Notes: a model not told the origin generated them from the letters alone. A stretch of 64,000 bases of DNA from Verrucomicrobiia bacterium (GCA_037441425.1 JBBISF010000005.1:6529-70528); one strand, 5' to 3'. Shown: positions 9,401-17,546, numbered from the stretch's first letter. Made by a program: numbers and translations.

Positions 9401-12400
9401 GCGGTCGAGTTCGGCGATGACCATTTCCGCGCGCGGGCGTACGGTGTCCAATGCCGGCCCGCACGCCTGTAGCTCCGCTTTGAACTTCGGCAAGTCCATC
9501 CGCAGTCCAGCCCGTCCGGCATCCATGAAGTGCGTCAGAAATTCGCTCGCAATGGCGCGGAGCATCGGTTTCTTCCCGATGTCAGTTTTCACTTTTTTGC
9601 CGAGCGCGGTGAACGCGTCTTTGACTTTGAGCGCCGCCGGAGATTCGAGCATCCGCAGGAGATTGTGGATTGTGGATTTTAGATTTTGGATCAGGCCGGC
9701 CGCGGCGAGAAACTCTTGGAGGTCAGCTTCGGCGCGCGGCAAGTCTTGGTTCAGGCCGAGGAGGATGGGGGTTGTCCCGATGCTGGAGTGCGCCATGATG
9801 GTGAGCGCGTAACTCGGGTCGGCATACCGCATCGAAAGCGGGCAGAGGATGTAGTAATGGGCCTTGAGCAAGCCGGCGCCGCCGAACTCCTTCGGGATGT
9901 ACATGCGGGTGAAGCCGTGCGCGACCATGTCGTGAACGTCTGCAAGCGGGACTTGGTGGAGACGCTCGACGAGCCGGTAATATTTTTCGCCGGGGCGATA
10001 GACATAGCGCTCGGTGAAATGCCGGTAGAGTTGGTCGTGATAGGCGCGGAGTTCGGGGTCGGCGTGGAGCATTTCCGGAACGTAACGCCACGTCACCGGG
10101 TCGAAGGGCTTGGTAAGAAAATCGCCGTAGTCATAGGGATTGGGTTGGGCGAGTTCAGAGCGGTAGGAGAATGGGGGCGGGGATTGAAGTGGCTGTTCGA
10201 GGAGGTAGCCGCGGGTCAGGACGGTAGAGCCGAGTTCCGCGAGGTCGCGGCGCTGAGGCTGCGCCCACGTTTTGGTTTTCAGCAACTTGATGATTTCGAA
10301 ATCGAGTTCGGTCTGAGGTTCGGACGCGAGCGTCGGCGCACCGGCTGAAGGTTCTTCGTCGTCGAACAGCAAACGTGAGAAGACAACGCTGTCGCGATAG
10401 AACTTGGAGAAGATGTCGTCTTCGCTGTAGGCGCTGCCGCCGATGATTTGGCCGGCGTTGTACGCGAGCGTGAAGAAAGCTTCGCGGGGGTTGGCGGCAT
10501 TGTGACGGAGCTGCCAGACCTGCGCTTCCATTTCGCTGAGCATCTGTTTGACAGCGCCGAACTTGGCGATGCCATCGTGAGCGTCTTCGTCTTGGAACAG
10601 GCCGGGGAATTGGACGCGGCTCCGCGCGTGTTGCCGGCAGCGTTCCAATAACATTTCGCCGGCGCCGCGGACAATAGCGCGGCAATCGGCGGTCAGCGCG
10701 ACCGGGAACTCGCGGGCGTGGCGGCGGGCGGTGTTGAGGCCGATCCATTCGACGTCGGCCAAGTCTGGGCGGGCGGTGATTTGGGCGTGGGCGATGCCGG
10801 AGACGAGGAGCGCGAGCGAGACGTCGCGCGCGGCGAGGGCGCGGAGAATGTCCGGTGTGGGCTGAAGAGACTTGAGAAAGGCGAGTTGGTCGGCGGTGAG
10901 GCGCGCGCCGCGTTCGAGGTCTTTGATGGATTGTTTGGTGAAGTGGTGCTCAATTCCGGATTCGGTTGTGAGGTCCTTCGCTTCGCTCAGGAAGACCGAT
11001 GGGGAAGGGGCGAGGTGTTTCTGTACCTCCGCTTCCGCCCAGAAGAACTTGCCGGCTTTGGCATAAGCGAGGGCGCGGTCACAACCGGAATCTTCCAGCA
11101 GGGAGAGCAGCCATTGGCGCCGGCCGGTGTCGAGGTAGCGCGGGCCGGAATGGATCGAAGTGCAAAACTGCTGCAACTTCTCGTGGGAGCGGCGTCCCCG
11201 CCGCGATTCGGGGACCTGTCGCGGCGGGGATGCCGCTCCCACCATACCGGAGTTTAGAACCGCCAGCAGCTTGCGGTTAGCCGGTGTGGGCGAACTGAAG
11301 ACCAAACGCTGTTCGCGGTGCCGGGTCCAGTCCACGTCAGCAGGGGCGGCGCGCCAGCAGGTTTCGCATTTGATGCAGTTCTCGAAGTGCACCACGATCT
11401 GCACTTGGCCGAGATCGTCGGTGTGTTGCTCGTACACTTTGGCGGGACAGACGTGCCACAATGGTGAGTCGGCGAGTTTGCGGCGATCTTCAAAATGCTC
11501 GGGACGCTGCACTTTGATATGGCTGGTCTTCTCGGAGGAATACCGGATGAGGGAAAGTTTTTCTTCGATCGGCTGCGCGAGCGGGACGGCGTCGAGATTG
11601 GCGCGTTGCCGGACGAGGGCGAGGGTGCGTTGGTAGAAGGAGGACAGGTATTTTTCGGGGGAGGGTCGGGTGACGAGCAGCCCGATCATTTCGCAAAGCC
11701 ATTGGAAAGGCGCGAGCAGCGCCGTGAGGAAGGGCCACCCGCCGAGCGACCAGGGGCGCGGGGCGGAACGCAAGGCGTGGCGCAGCTTGACCGGCAAAGG
11801 CGTATCGTCATTGCGATAAGGGTGATCGCAAGCGGAACGCAGACGGGACGCGAGCTTCTGAAAACGGGGTTGGCCGTTGATGGAAATGGAGACTGCGCCG
11901 GCGTGTCGGAGTGCTGGCGCGCGTGAGGAACCGGCGCGCTGGAGACCGAGGGCGGCGCGTTGTTGCCGCAGGTCGCGGAAGAATTCGCCCCAGCGTTTGG
12001 GCGGGAGCGTTTCGCGGAGGAACTTGGCTTGTTGCCAGAGTTTCTGGCCGGGGCGGAGATCGGGATGCGTGGCGATATGCAGCGCGCCGCAGGCGAGATC
12101 GGCGGCGCGGCCGAAGAAGACGCGCGTGTGGGCGACGTAGTGCGGCCAGTCTTGGAGGAATTCGACGTTCTGGAAATAGTGCGTTTGCCGGAGCGGCTTT
12201 TCGTAGAGTTCGGTGAGATGTTCCCGGCGGAAATCGCCGTGGGCTTGTCGGACGGCTTGGGCGAACAGGCGGCCCATCGCGGTGGCGGGACCGGTATAGT
12301 TGGGGAATGGGAAATCGAGGCCGATGCCGGTGCACGCCCCGCCGAGCGCGAGACCGTGGTCGACGAGTTGGGGGAGTTCCCGGAAGCCGCCGCCGCGGAT

Positions 12401-13255
12401 GAGCTTCGCGCCGTAGGCAACGGCGCGTCCGCCGCCGGTGAGGCGTTGGATTTCCGGCAGCGATTTGAACCACTCCATCAGCCGGTTGTGATCGCCTTTG
12501 AATTCGCGCGCGAGGTTGTCGAGCGGCATCACGAGGCCCAGCGAGAGGCTGGAATGGTTGGTGTAGATGAACCCGCCCATGTTGAGTTGCAGCTTGCCGG
12601 GATTGCGCAGGATGATTTCGTAAGCCGCGCCTTCACCCGGCGGAAGGGCAAACCGGGATTCGATTTCGGCAGGATCGAGTTCGATGACTTCTTTGATGCC
12701 TTGAAGAAAATGGGGGGTGTTGTTCGGGCAGCGTTCGTAGCCTTCCTTGGTGACGAGATGCGAGGCGTCGCCTTCAGCGAGAAAGACAACGGCGGCGTAA
12801 ATCGGGCCACGCGTGGTGTGGACGCCGATCACTTTGCCGGCCGAGTCGCGCAGCAAGCCGGTCGCGGTGGTTTCGGTGAGGATGGTGGCGCCGAAAGATT
12901 TGGCCAGTTCGGCAAGATAATGGTCGTATGTCGGACGGAGAACGGTGTAGCAATGCCGGAAGGTGTCGGGGTTGTGATAGGTCAGGCCGACGAGTGTGTG
13001 GCCGTTGTAGAGATGGATACCGCGTTTGGTGACGGGCCGTTCCCAAGCGGATGCACGAACCGCTTCCTCGCCGAGCACGTCCGGCTGGGCGAGGTTCTCG
13101 GTGAAATAGACGGCGCCCGACCAGTTCTCCGCGCCGGGGAATTTGCCGGCTTCGAGAACGAGGACGGGAATCTGCGCTTTGGCGAGAGCGATGGCGGCGG
13201 TGATCCCGGCGGGGCCAGCGCCAACGATGACAACATCGTATTTCCAATCGGCCAT
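6401..13255 (-). CDS. 2301-aa multidomain flavoprotein fusing ETF:quinone oxidoreductase (FAD plus 4Fe-4S), acyl-CoA dehydrogenase, ETF-beta (FixA-like) and ETF-alpha (FixB-like) domains
   Basis: Residue numbers follow the track ORF starting at 13306. The likely start is the ATG at 13255 (MADWKYDVVIVGAGPAGITAA, a dinucleotide-binding motif). ETF-QO covers about residues 18-670 and ends with the 4Fe-4S signature WHVCPAKVYE...NCIKCETC. The ACAD core covers about residues 1080-1620 (FALTEPSAGSDSGG; MWITNGHVAGVFCLYART; VLNIYEGTNEVQRFLILRDL). ETF-beta-like covers about 1760-1960 (HIVVVANVVP...DLVLCGEALF). ETF-alpha covers about 1975-2301 (ISLGVSGAPQHVDYLGERALIIAFNKDADAP...VGDLYELVPEF). One frame with no stop across 6.9 kb. 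Confidence 0.85.
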   Translation of the reverse strand: MADWKYDVVIVGAGPAGITAAIALAKAQIPVLVLEAGKFPGAENWSGAVYFTENLAQPDVLGEEAVRASAWERPVTKRGIHLYNGHTLVGLTYHNPDTFRHCYTVLRPTYDHYLAELAKSFGATILTETTATGLLRDSAGKVIGVHTTRGPIYAAVVFLAEGDASHLVTKEGYERCPNNTPHFLQGIKEVIELDPAEIESRFALPPGEGAAYEIILRNPGKLQLNMGGFIYTNHSSLSLGLVMPLDNLAREFKGDHNRLMEWFKSLPEIQRLTGGGRAVAYGAKLIRGGGFRELPQLVDHGLALGGACTGIGLDFPFPNYTGPATAMGRLFAQAVRQAHGDFRREHLTELYEKPLRQTHYFQNVEFLQDWPHYVAHTRVFFGRAADLACGALHIATHPDLRPGQKLWQQAKFLRETLPPKRWGEFFRDLRQQRAALGLQRAGSSRAPALRHAGAVSISINGQPRFQKLASRLRSACDHPYRNDDTPLPVKLRHALRSAPRPWSLGGWPFLTALLAPFQWLCEMIGLLVTRPSPEKYLSSFYQRTLALVRQRANLDAVPLAQPIEEKLSLIRYSSEKTSHIKVQRPEHFEDRRKLADSPLWHVCPAKVYEQHTDDLGQVQIVVHFENCIKCETCWRAAPADVDWTRHREQRLVFSSPTPANRKLLAVLNSGMVGAASPPRQVPESRRGRRSHEKLQQFCTSIHSGPRYLDTGRRQWLLSLLEDSGCDRALAYAKAGKFFWAEAEVQKHLAPSPSVFLSEAKDLTTESGIEHHFTKQSIKDLERGARLTADQLAFLKSLQPTPDILRALAARDVSLALLVSGIAHAQITARPDLADVEWIGLNTARRHAREFPVALTADCRAIVRGAGEMLLERCRQHARSRVQFPGLFQDEDAHDGIAKFGAVKQMLSEMEAQVWQLRHNAANPREAFFTLAYNAGQIIGGSAYSEDDIFSKFYRDSVVFSRLLFDDEEPSAGAPTLASEPQTELDFEIIKLLKTKTWAQPQRRDLAELGSTVLTRGYLLEQPLQSPPPFSYRSELAQPNPYDYGDFLTKPFDPVTWRYVPEMLHADPELRAYHDQLYRHFTERYVYRPGEKYYRLVERLHQVPLADVHDMVAHGFTRMYIPKEFGGAGLLKAHYYILCPLSMRYADPSYALTIMAHSSIGTTPILLGLNQDLPRAEADLQEFLAAAGLIQNLKSTIHNLLRMLESPAALKVKDAFTALGKKVKTDIGKKPMLRAIASEFLTHFMDAGRAGLRMDLPKFKAELQACGPALDTVRPRAEMVIAELDRRAEAAKFFLRLISAGQISAFALTEPSAGSDSGGIQTRAELKRAEVFTNSDGSKYFRLGTERRGIVDAATVDIANLPDADIAQIRKEGGREFYEYYELNGAKMWITNGHVAGVFCLYARTKEGPTGFLVRRNSEGLKVGRDEEKMGQRGSPTNELSLNGVRVPRENIIGIEGRGQVNALETLNVGRTGLCVSAAAMTAKIIEQTRQFVRERGLENEPHIQQLVGEMTIEHYATESLAYELIGRFDHHDTKSVRTESAIGKYYASEVLHRVIRAAENIYGLEGGTQLHELEKHRRDARVLNIYEGTNEVQRFLILRDLVDKALPNAKESSPLIDRLRQAVETFGQQVWQNANFQPAMFKLAEMAGYLKAMDSARWRTQWLTKNTTAVDSPHRQLAEVAYDRYCDCAQREIQRLLSEFDRDCALLKQGLYPPEIRVAMLALQEAEHKPALAPQPAILPPAQHIVVVANVVPALSPRPRVVEGELLETHFELDVGVPTSLSRRPVRLTILTVAPRYAAELLRRALAAGATDAVLLEADDLPEDIHATARLIADHIAVHLPSCDLVLCGEALFCTILNSNLGGLPPVRAITEATAANNFSVDDFCAAQSKPLEIIPSAQIIASAKFPSRLILPAVTAGEQPTVATPAAAAKLVRALTGVESSGPDGDAQYTGKIEAADQSVVPARAAAVFVATPGNCDGAETAAECAAALGLPFHVVVVGDPDEKQIRELAGRLAAASVFFCTHAQLRDDSPEGVLAAAQYLWKDTLPSLLASGTWANEVFAQFASTFPRVQARYNVAAIAHHELAVPVFGGNVHRVFAIGNVQEHPLVATFTAGSQHKTVAPKRVCRVPLDLEYVPPPKQAEARARSLMMADADVIIDVGYAIRNRENFDLIVLPLKDRLEKIGVQNVMIGGTRKVVEDLKLLTPDRQIGQTGTAVNPKLIISLGVSGAPQHVDYLGERALIIAFNKDADAPLLTLNQRRARPKVIPLVGDLYELVPEFTKAL

Positions 13256-13292
13256 CGAAAGGAATATAGTTCGCGGTGAGAGGAGAACAAAG

Positions 13293-14726
13293 ATGAAATT
13301 TTTCAAATGGATGGCGGTGCTGTTGCTGGCAGCAGTCGTGGCGCGTGCCGCGGAGAACCAAGACGAAGGCGTGGCGCTGACGATTTACAACCAGAACTTT
13401 GGCGTGGTGCGGGAGAAACGTAACGTCGAAGTGCCGGATAAACTGGGCGCGATCCGGTTCGGCGACGTGGCGGCGCAGATTGACGGCACGAGCGTGCAGT
13501 TCAAGTCGTTGACCGATCCGACGGCGACGGTGCTGGAACAGAACTACGAATACGACCTCGTCTCCGCTGACAAGCTCTTGCAGAAGTACATTGATAAGCA
13601 GATCACGGTGTTGACCAAGGATGGTTCACGGTATTCCGGTAATCTGTTGAGCTTCGATGGAAATCAACTGGTCATCCGGCAGTTTGGTGAGAAGGGCGAT
13701 CTGGTGATGGTCCAGCGCGGCGACAACGTGAAAGACATCGAGTTCGGTGCATTACCGGAAGGACTAATCACCAAGCCAACGCTGGTGTGGAAGCTGGCGA
13801 CGGAGAAGCCCGGCAAGCAGTTGATCGAGGTGGCCTATCAGACGGGCGGCCTGAATTGGTATGCCGACTACAATGCCGTGTTGAATGCGAAGGATACGCA
13901 GATGGATTTTGCCGGTTGGGTGACGATTGAGAACAAGTCGGGAGCGACTTACAAGGATGCACGGCTAAAGCTCATTGCCGGAGATGTGCGTCGGGTGCAA
14001 CCGATGGCACAGGGCACGATGCCGTTGAAAATGGCGCTATCGGAGGCAGCTCCTGCGCCCGGTTTCGAGGAAAAGGCATTCTTTGAATATCACCTCTACA
14101 CGTTGCAGCGGGCAACAACGGTTGCCGAGAACCAGACGAAGCAGATTGAGTTGTTGAAGACGGCGGATGTGCCGGTGAAGAAGGTTTACCTTTACGATGG
14201 TGCACCGCAGTTTAGGTTTTACGGTGGACTGAATACCAACGCCGGCTACGGCAGTGAGGAGTCGAACAAGAAGGTCAACGTCATCATCGAGGTTAAGAAT
14301 TCCCAGGAAAATCACATGGGCATGGCGTTGCCAAAGGGGAAGGTCCGGCTTTACAAACGCGACGAGGCGGATAAATCACTGGAGTTCATCGGTGAGGATG
14401 AGATTGATCACACGCCCAAAGACGAGACGATCAAGCTGCATGTTGGCGATGCGTTTGACGTGGTCGGGGAGCGGAAGCGCACCGACTTCAAAGTGGACAA
14501 CGCCGCCCACTGGATGACCGAGAGCTTCGAGATTCGCGGTCGCAATCACAAGGATGAGCCGGTCGAAGTGCTGGTCAAGGAGACGTTGTACCGGTGGAAT
14601 AACTGGGAGATCACCCAGGCCAGCCACAAGTGGACGAAATTCGATTCCAACACGATTCACTTCCCGGTGAAAGTCGACAAGGACGGCGAACAGGTCATCA
14701 CCTACACGGTCCGATACACGTGGTAA
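13293..14726 (+). CDS. secreted DUF4139/DUF4140-like protein (paralog 1 of 4)
   Basis: Signal peptide MKFFKWMAVLLLAAVVARA with AGGAGA 7 nt upstream of the ATG at 13293. It shares the architecture and motifs of the paralogs at 53478, 55765 and 56933 (TIYN..., ...GGLNWYADY..., C-terminal ...TVRYTW). The track ORF extends upstream to 13143. Confidence 0.75.
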   Translation: MKFFKWMAVLLLAAVVARAAENQDEGVALTIYNQNFGVVREKRNVEVPDKLGAIRFGDVAAQIDGTSVQFKSLTDPTATVLEQNYEYDLVSADKLLQKYIDKQITVLTKDGSRYSGNLLSFDGNQLVIRQFGEKGDLVMVQRGDNVKDIEFGALPEGLITKPTLVWKLATEKPGKQLIEVAYQTGGLNWYADYNAVLNAKDTQMDFAGWVTIENKSGATYKDARLKLIAGDVRRVQPMAQGTMPLKMALSEAAPAPGFEEKAFFEYHLYTLQRATTVAENQTKQIELLKTADVPVKKVYLYDGAPQFRFYGGLNTNAGYGSEESNKKVNVIIEVKNSQENHMGMALPKGKVRLYKRDEADKSLEFIGEDEIDHTPKDETIKLHVGDAFDVVGERKRTDFKVDNAAHWMTESFEIRGRNHKDEPVEVLVKETLYRWNNWEITQASHKWTKFDSNTIHFPVKVDKDGEQVITYTVRYTW

Positions 14727-15049
14727 ACGAATCGCTCAATAATCCATTTGTACGGCTTTCCGGTGAGGGTTTGCCGGCCGGGCCGGTGTCCAAACCAGCT
14801 AAACTGGGTCGGGTGGTGCTGCGGCGTGAGACCGCCCACCGCGGCGGCAAAACGGTTGTGGTGGTTTACGATTTCGCCGCACACGTTCCGATCGCCAAGA
14901 TTGAAGAGTATGCGAGTCAACTCAAGAAGACTTGCGGCTGTGGTGGCACGGTGAAGGGCCGCGAGATCGAGATTCAAGGTGATCAACCCGGCAAGATTCG
15001 GGCACTGCTCGAAGCGGAGGGGTTTCAAGTGGCCGGCGTGCGCTCATGA
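14720..15049 (+). CDS. yciH: translation initiation factor SUI1/YciH family
   Basis: LKKTCGCGGTVKGREIEIQGDQPGKIRALLEAEGFQVAG matches the SUI1 core (KKCGCGGAVKDG.IEIQGD). A GTG start at 14720 gives 109 aa, the YciH-like length, and overlaps the upstream gene by 7 nt. Confidence 0.75.
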   Translation: MVNESLNNPFVRLSGEGLPAGPVSKPAKLGRVVLRRETAHRGGKTVVVVYDFAAHVPIAKIEEYASQLKKTCGCGGTVKGREIEIQGDQPGKIRALLEAEGFQVAGVRS

Positions 15050-15777
15050 ACGCCCGGTGTCTGCAAGGCGACGCGACTTTGGCAACAACCTGGTCGGCAG
15101 CGCTGAGCACTGAGCGGGCCGCGGCACTGATTACCGACCCGCCGTATTGCTTGCTGACCCGGCGGCGCAAAGATGGTGATTTGCGCGATCCGAAAGGTCG
15201 CAAGCTCGACGCCGGGCCGGTCCGACGATTCGAAACCGTGCGCGATTACCGTGCGTTCACCCGGGCGTGGATGACACACGCCGTCCGTTGGGTGACGGAG
15301 CAAGCGCCACTGGTGATTTGGAGTAACCTGTTGGGCAAAGAACCAATCACCACAACCGCACGCGAACTCGGCTGGACGTATTGCCGGGGAGAGTTCATCT
15401 GGGGAAAACGCACGCGCGAGGGGAACTCCGGTGAAGAAATCCTTCGAGTGGTGGAAACGGCGTTGGTGTTTACGCGCACCCCGGCACCAAGTCCGACCGT
15501 TGCCGACGCCGCGCCGCCGTGGTCAGTCGTTGCCGGTTACGATGACGACGGCGAGGGCGCACGGTGGGGCAATCACCCCAATCACAAGCCATTCCGGGTG
15601 CTCGAACCGTTGATCCGGACCTGGAGTCGTCCCGGTGATTTGATTGTTGATCCCTTTGCCGGCAGCGGTTCAATACCGGTTGCCGCCGTGCGCTTGAACC
15701 GGCGCGCCGTCAGCTTTGAGCTTGAGGCCGAATGGGCCGCGCGGACGAACAAACGATTGGCGCAGACGCCTGTCTGA
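15046..15777 (+). CDS. beta-class DNA methyltransferase (N6-adenine or N4-cytosine), no cognate nuclease nearby
   Basis: Motif IV ALITDPPY sits near the N-terminus and motif I DLIVDPFAGSGS near the C-terminus, the beta-class order. 243 aa. The ATG overlaps the yciH stop (ATGA at 15046-15049). Confidence 0.75.
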   Translation: MNARCLQGDATLATTWSAALSTERAAALITDPPYCLLTRRRKDGDLRDPKGRKLDAGPVRRFETVRDYRAFTRAWMTHAVRWVTEQAPLVIWSNLLGKEPITTTARELGWTYCRGEFIWGKRTREGNSGEEILRVVETALVFTRTPAPSPTVADAAPPWSVVAGYDDDGEGARWGNHPNHKPFRVLEPLIRTWSRPGDLIVDPFAGSGSIPVAAVRLNRRAVSFELEAEWAARTNKRLAQTPV

Positions 15778-16019
15778 CAAGCCTACCTCCGCAAACGCAG
15801 CCTGCCGGCAGTTTAGCCAAAGGCGAATGTGGATTGGGTGTTGGCGTTGGTGCCGGTGCGCCGCTCGGCAAACAACTTGGTGAATCACTCAACGTTGCGT
15901 CCGATGGCGGGCAAGATGCAATCGCGCGTCTGCAAACGTTGAAGAAGATGTTCGACGAGAAACTAATCACGCAAGAGGAATTCGACGCGAGAAAGAAAGC
16001 AATCTTGGATTCGGTTTAG
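15732..16019 (+). CDS. small SHOCT-domain protein (start uncertain)
   Basis: C-terminal ARLQTLKKMFDEKLITQEEFDARKKAIL is SHOCT-like (short C-terminal oligomerisation domain). The upstream part overlaps the MTase 3' end, so the true start is unclear. Confidence 0.3.
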   Translation: MGRADEQTIGADACLTSLPPQTQPAGSLAKGECGLGVGVGAGAPLGKQLGESLNVASDGGQDAIARLQTLKKMFDEKLITQEEFDARKKAILDSV

Positions 16020-16031
16020 TGGGAGAGGAAC

Positions 16032-16379
16032 ATGAATGATTCAAAGATTCGTTCGCTCCGCATGATCTGCCTTCTGGGACTACTTGCTACCGCTGCTGTG
16101 GTGGTGGCAGTTCCGTTGGCACTCGTGCCTACTCAGCACCGGTCAGACACGTATTGGCTCAAGATCACTTGGGCAGAATTCCTAGTCGTTCTCATTTGGC
16201 TCGGTCTATACGGGTTTCTTTCTACCCCGCTGCAACCAGACAGAGCGAGAACAGGACGTGGTGGATATGCGGATCAAGGGCAGCCATCATTTCCTGAAAC
16301 ATCCCGACGGTCGCTGTACGGTTGTGCCGGTTCATGGCGGGGAAATCATCGGTGTCGGTTTAATGAAAACGGTTCTTGA
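16032..16379 (+). CDS. small membrane protein, hypothetical
   Basis: Two hydrophobic segments (LLGLLATAAVVVAVPLALV; FLVVLIWLGLYGFL). The C-terminal part reads through a HicA-like fragment in another frame, so the true end is uncertain. Confidence 0.3.
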   Translation: MNDSKIRSLRMICLLGLLATAAVVVAVPLALVPTQHRSDTYWLKITWAEFLVVLIWLGLYGFLSTPLQPDRARTGRGGYADQGQPSFPETSRRSLYGCAGSWRGNHRCRFNENGS

Positions 16380-16422
16380 TGACGCCGAAATGACTGCCGA
16401 GCAGTTTCTTGAGTTGGAGTGA
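16258..16422 (+). pseudogene. HicA-family toxin fragment (N-terminally truncated)
   Basis: The frame from 16258 reads VVDMRIKGSHHFLKHPDGRCTVVPVHGGEIIGVGLMKTVLDDAEMTAEQFLELE*, matching the HicA core (..GSHH.f.hp....vtvP.H...l..gtl..ilkqagl). The typical first ~18 aa are missing, an in-frame stop lies upstream at 16183, and no hicB is adjacent. Confidence 0.4.
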
Positions 16423-16452
16423 ACTGCCGGGAACCTAATCGAATACCGGCGG

Positions 16453-17385
16453 TTGCCCGCTCAAGATTCTTCGTGTCCTTCGCGACTTCGTGGTAAAACT
16501 CTCCCCGTGACTTCAGCATCCAACTTCAAATCCGGTCTGGCCGTCCTCGTCGGACGCACCAACGTAGGCAAGTCCACGCTGCTCAACGTGCTCGTCGGCA
16601 CGAAGATCGCCATCGTCACGCCGAAACCGCAGACGACGCGCGACACCTACCACGGCATCGTCCACCGCCCGGAAGGGCAGATCGTGTTCGTGGACACGCC
16701 CGGCATCTTCAAGACCGAACCGAGCAAACTCGTCCAGAACCTCCATCACCGGGTGCGCGACGCGGTGGAAGGAATTGATGTCATCGTCCACGTGGCTGAT
16801 CCGACGCGTCCGCCCGGTCCCGAAGACCGGCGGGTCTGCGACCTGATCGCGCGGATCGGCCAGCCCAAGATTCTCGCTCTCAACAAACTCGACGAACCCA
16901 ATCGCCCGTTTCGCGGCTACTGGATGGAACGTGGTCCGCAGTACGTTTCTGTCGTCGAGCTTTCGGCATTGAAAGGGAAGAATATTGATCTCCTCGTGAA
17001 CGCCATTCTGCGCCACTTGCCGGTTGGTCCGCCGCAGTACCCGGAGGGACAGGTCAGCAACGTCACCAACGAGTTTTGGATTGCCGAATTGATCCGCGAG
17101 AAAATCTATCTGCAAACCGGCCAGGAAGTCCCATACTCGACGAACGTCCAATTGGAACAAGTCGAAGATCGCAAGGACAAAGCCGGCCAGCCATTGCTCT
17201 ACATCAAGGCCGCGATCCTGACCACCCACGAACGCTATCAGCGGATGCTCATCGGCCAAGGCGGCAAAAAGATCAAAGAGATCGGCAGCGCCGCCCGCCG
17301 GGAACTGGAAGTCGCCATGAACCGCAAAGTCTTCCTCGATCTCGCCGTGCTGGTGGATGAGGAATGGATGGAGCGGATGCAGTAG
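16453..17385 (+). CDS. era: GTPase Era
   Basis: G1 VGRTNVGKSTLLN, G3 DTPG, G4 NKLD and a C-terminal KH domain. The start may be the GTG near 16507 rather than 16453. Confidence 0.9.
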   Translation: MPAQDSSCPSRLRGKTLPVTSASNFKSGLAVLVGRTNVGKSTLLNVLVGTKIAIVTPKPQTTRDTYHGIVHRPEGQIVFVDTPGIFKTEPSKLVQNLHHRVRDAVEGIDVIVHVADPTRPPGPEDRRVCDLIARIGQPKILALNKLDEPNRPFRGYWMERGPQYVSVVELSALKGKNIDLLVNAILRHLPVGPPQYPEGQVSNVTNEFWIAELIREKIYLQTGQEVPYSTNVQLEQVEDRKDKAGQPLLYIKAAILTTHERYQRMLIGQGGKKIKEIGSAARRELEVAMNRKVFLDLAVLVDEEWMERMQ

Positions 17386-17411
17386 GCGAGCTATCCGGGT
17401 GGACACAAAAA

Positions 17412-17488
17412 TGGAGCGAGCGAAGGGATTCGAACCCTCGACATTCACCTTGGCAAGGTGACGCTCTACCGGACTGAGCTACGCTCGC
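17412..17488 (-). tRNA. tRNA-Gly (anticodon GCC)
   Basis: The reverse complement folds as a cloverleaf: acceptor GCGAGCG/CGCTCGC, D-arm GCTC/GAGC, anticodon stem TCACC/GGTGA with loop TTGCCAA (anticodon GCC), T-arm GAGGG-TTCGAAT-CCCTT, then discriminator T and CCA. Confidence 0.85.
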
Positions 17489-17546
17489 TTCCGTTGAGAA
17501 CGGGACACACCATAGCAAAACGGCGCGGCCGTGCAAGTCTCAAAAC

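Noticed and set aside
9661-9700. Degenerate heptamer tandem (GATTGTG GATTGTG GATTTTA GATTTTG) forming a low-GC patch
   Set aside because: It lies inside the giant flavoprotein ORF and encodes ...IQNLKSTIHNLLRML. It is more likely a codon or peptide coincidence than an independent element.
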